This document shows positions 5,344 through 7,740 of a stretch of DNA of 7,740 nt, one piece after another (within the stretch, counting starts at the first letter, position 1; the number at the start of each line of letters is the position of its first letter). This DNA comes from Candidatus Odinarchaeia archaeon. Its GTDB lineage: Archaea > Asgardarchaeota > Odinarchaeia > Odinarchaeales > Odinarchaeaceae. The notes under the pieces were generated by a model. It did no database searches. It saw only the letters and a list, made by a program, of their open reading frames with translations, and was not told the DNA's origin. The position numbers and the translations under genes are program-made. The DNA lies in assembly GCA_029856525.1 (NCBI GenBank), contig JAHQXC010000063.1:1-7740 (forward strand), in the 5' to 3' direction.

Positions 5344-7107
5344 TTATTTAATTCTCTTAAGCTGATTATTATACATTTCGATTACTTCTTCCTCGGTGGT
5401 GCTCTCCTCAGGGGATTTATCGTCTCTTATACGCCCTGTGAAACGGGGGAATCTTATAGCTATTCCAACACCGTTTTTAATCTTAGAAAAAGCGCATGTA
5501 TGAACAGGGCTTAGAGTTAACTCCGCGCCCTTCACCTCTATTACAAGCTTAGGGAGAATCCAGAAGTCTGGTTCAAGGTTTGTTTCAACTCTAGGATGTT
5601 TAGACTTTATTATAAGCGGTTTTAAAATACTGGATAAGTATGAGAGATCTTCGTCTTTAAACCCGCTTCCAACTCTAGCCACTGTTTTAAAAACATCGTT
5701 AACATGATCGTAACAAGCCAGTAGAAGGGTTCCATAAGTTCCCGCTCTTCTACCTTTTCCAACGTAAGCGCCCACGACAACCAAGTCAAGTGTATCTGTA
5801 AGTTCAGATCTGTAATCACGCTTATATTTTATCCAAAGCCAGCCTCTGCCACCAGCCTGATAGAGTGAGTCCTCTGATATAGATTTCGCGATAACTCCTT
5901 CACATCCAGCTGACACAGCTTCATGAAAGAATTTTTCGAATACATCCACATTATCTGTGATTATTTGAGTGGCTAGTTCACATCGCTCATCTACGTTAAC
6001 AATTTTTTCCAGGATGCTACGTCTCTCAAGATATGGTTTATTAATCATTTGCTGGCCTTCATTATACAAGCAGTCAAAGAAGAAGAGTTTAACAGGATAT
6101 GATTCCATCGCTTCTTCAACTTCATATTTTCTACGCCTATGCATTAACTGCTGGAAGGGGAGTATCTCCCCGTTATCCGGGTCTACAGCCACACATTCCG
6201 CCTCGGTGATGCAGTTTTCCGATTTCAAATATTTTTTTATTATCTCCACGGCGTCAGGGTATTGATCTGTTATAACCTCTAAACGTCTAGAGAATATTTT
6301 AATCTCCGAACCTTTCTTGTGAATTTGGAATCGCTCACCATCATACTTGTATTCGACAGCGCATCTCCCTATTTTCTCGAATATCTCCTCTATTGTTGAA
6401 AGCCTTTGAGCCAGCATCATTCTAACAGGTACACCTACTTGCAACTGAATTGTTTTAAGCCATTCAACTCCGTTTAAAAGAATATTCTTAGCTATTAAAC
6501 CGAGATCCGAGCAAATATTATAGGAGTGTTCTATATCCTCTCGACTAGCCTTACTTCCAGCTAAAGCTATCGACAATGCATCCATGATAGTCATGTCAGC
6601 TATACCCAGCCTCAGATTACCTGTAACTATTCTAGAAATATACCGGGCTTCTAAAGGTGTAGCCCTATGCAGTAGACCTGAAAAAAGCCTTTTTTTATCT
6701 TCACTCGATCCTTTACCAGTCATCCGCGCGATTTTATCTAGTTGATTATACACGTATTGGACTGTTAAAGGCTCGAAATCCTGTATTATTGTTTTTTGAA
6801 CCTTGCTTTTTAAAGCCTTCTCCGCAGCTAAACCGATGTCACCTGTCTCCTGTAGAAAAGCTGTTACTTTTTCAAGCGACAGCCCGCTTGCAGCTGATAT
6901 AACTTCTAAAACAGTTTTCTCAGCCATCCCTATCTCAGGATACCCATACCAGTCTGGGTGGAGCTTACCCTGAGTCATATATATTACTTTATCTATCTCC
7001 TCTGAGTTAAGCTTGGATATGAGCTCTTTAAGAATATCAGTTAACTCTAATCTTTTAGTTGTATCCTCTAGTCTTCGATAATATTCTGAGACTTCTCTGA
7101 AAAGCAA
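5344..7107 (-). CDS. lig: ATP-dependent DNA ligase (archaeal; DNA-binding, adenylation and OB domains)
   Basis: Motif I EYKYDGERFQIH (K254), III EAECV, IIIa FFFDCLY, IV EGVIAK, V WIKYKRDY, DLVVVGAYVGKGRR, IRFPRF. SD GCGGTGAT at 7111-7118, TTG start. Confidence 0.97.
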   Translation of the reverse strand: MLFREVSEYYRRLEDTTKRLELTDILKELISKLNSEEIDKVIYMTQGKLHPDWYGYPEIGMAEKTVLEVISAASGLSLEKVTAFLQETGDIGLAAEKALKSKVQKTIIQDFEPLTVQYVYNQLDKIARMTGKGSSEDKKRLFSGLLHRATPLEARYISRIVTGNLRLGIADMTIMDALSIALAGSKASREDIEHSYNICSDLGLIAKNILLNGVEWLKTIQLQVGVPVRMMLAQRLSTIEEIFEKIGRCAVEYKYDGERFQIHKKGSEIKIFSRRLEVITDQYPDAVEIIKKYLKSENCITEAECVAVDPDNGEILPFQQLMHRRRKYEVEEAMESYPVKLFFFDCLYNEGQQMINKPYLERRSILEKIVNVDERCELATQIITDNVDVFEKFFHEAVSAGCEGVIAKSISEDSLYQAGGRGWLWIKYKRDYRSELTDTLDLVVVGAYVGKGRRAGTYGTLLLACYDHVNDVFKTVARVGSGFKDEDLSYLSSILKPLIIKSKHPRVETNLEPDFWILPKLVIEVKGAELTLSPVHTCAFSKIKNGVGIAIRFPRFTGRIRDDKSPEESTTEEEVIEMYNNQLKRIK

Positions 7108-7149
7108 AAAATCACCGCGTACTAGTTAACGAAAACGATTATTTAAGCG

Positions 7150-7740
7150 CTATTTTTCTATAAATACTGCTATAGGTACACTTGCTCCTCTAAGCTTCTC
7201 ATAGTATTCTTCATACCCCATATCTATTTTCTGATTTCCAGGCGCTCCTACAACGATGAGAGCCGAGTTTTCTTTAAGCTGTTTATAAACTGTTAAAATC
7301 CATTTATCTGTTCTCGTAATTAACTTCTGAGCGATCGTGATAGGTGGATGAGATTTATAAGCTGAGTAGAGTTTCTCGAAATCTAAGAAATGTAGTAAGA
7401 GAAAGTTTACTCTATTTAAAAGTTTAATCGCCTTAACATAGGTTTCAGCGTCATCTTTAGCCGGTATCCTAGTTAAACTACCATCTAAAAAATCCATGCT
7501 AGCGGAGCATCCTATGAAACTTGTTTTCAAATTATTTTCAGCAAGATAATTGAATAAATTAAAACCGGTGCCAGCTAAACCACCGTTTAATATAGTAGCC
7601 ATTATATTCTCTGTAGAAGGGTTATTAGAGTTTAATAAAACAATAGCTTTCACATTCGCGATAATAAACTTGGGTTTATAATAGACGCATTCGAAAAGAC
7701 CGAAGTTATCTAAAAGAACCATAACTATTTGGTCATACCT
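7150..7740 (-). CDS. Alkaline-phosphatase/metalloenzyme-superfamily fold protein, 5'-truncated by the window, probably catalytically degenerate
   Basis: The frame is open from the window edge (RYDQIV-MVLLDNFG). Order of elements matches the AP/iPGM/NPP fold: VLLDNFG, PST..ATILNG, LFNYL..NLKTSFIG, DD, FLLLHFLD, RTDKWI, ALIVVGAPGN, VP. The expected DxxGH and ADHGN ligands are replaced. Confidence 0.55.
   Translation of the reverse strand, partial: RYDQIVMVLLDNFGLFECVYYKPKFIIANVKAIVLLNSNNPSTENIMATILNGGLAGTGFNLFNYLAENNLKTSFIGCSASMDFLDGSLTRIPAKDDAETYVKAIKLLNRVNFLLLHFLDFEKLYSAYKSHPPITIAQKLITRTDKWILTVYKQLKENSALIVVGAPGNQKIDMGYEEYYEKLRGASVPIAVFIEK

Noticed and set aside
5622-5819. 65-aa minus-strand ORF in another frame
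   Set aside because: Nested within conserved ligase motifs; the ligase frame is intact, so no frameshift needs to be invoked.
5969-6265. 98-aa plus-strand ORF
   Set aside because: Antisense shadow of the ligase adenylation domain.
1-7740. tRNA/rRNA, CRISPR arrays, IS elements, and Sec/Pyl read-through
   Set aside because: Intergenic gaps are short and AT-rich with no cloverleaf, repeat-spacer or transposase signal; all complete ORFs end at family-typical lengths.

Overview
AT-rich archaeal chromosomal window, very likely from an Asgard archaeon (Odinarchaeia-like), judged from a profilin that closely resembles the characterised Odin profilin (recalled, not searched). All genes are on the minus strand except profilin. 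Right-hand minus-strand cluster: a truncated alkaline-phosphatase/metalloenzyme-fold protein with apparently lost metal ligands, ATP-dependent DNA ligase, a thioredoxin-reductase-like flavoprotein, and a 248-aa gelsolin-like protein with a Pro-rich linker and an unassigned C-terminal domain. That last gene converges tail-to-tail (13 bp gap) with profilin, so two likely actin regulators are adjacent. Left-hand minus-strand cluster, divergent from profilin: a Get3/ArsA-family ATPase of the Get3 type, YjbQ, an EamA transporter, a Yip1-domain membrane protein, and the first codons of a further gene at the left edge. No RNA genes, CRISPR arrays or mobile elements were seen. Also notable: apparent dominance of TTG starts behind GGTG(A) Shine-Dalgarno motifs, and two different perfect 14-bp palindromes in promoter-like intergenic DNA.
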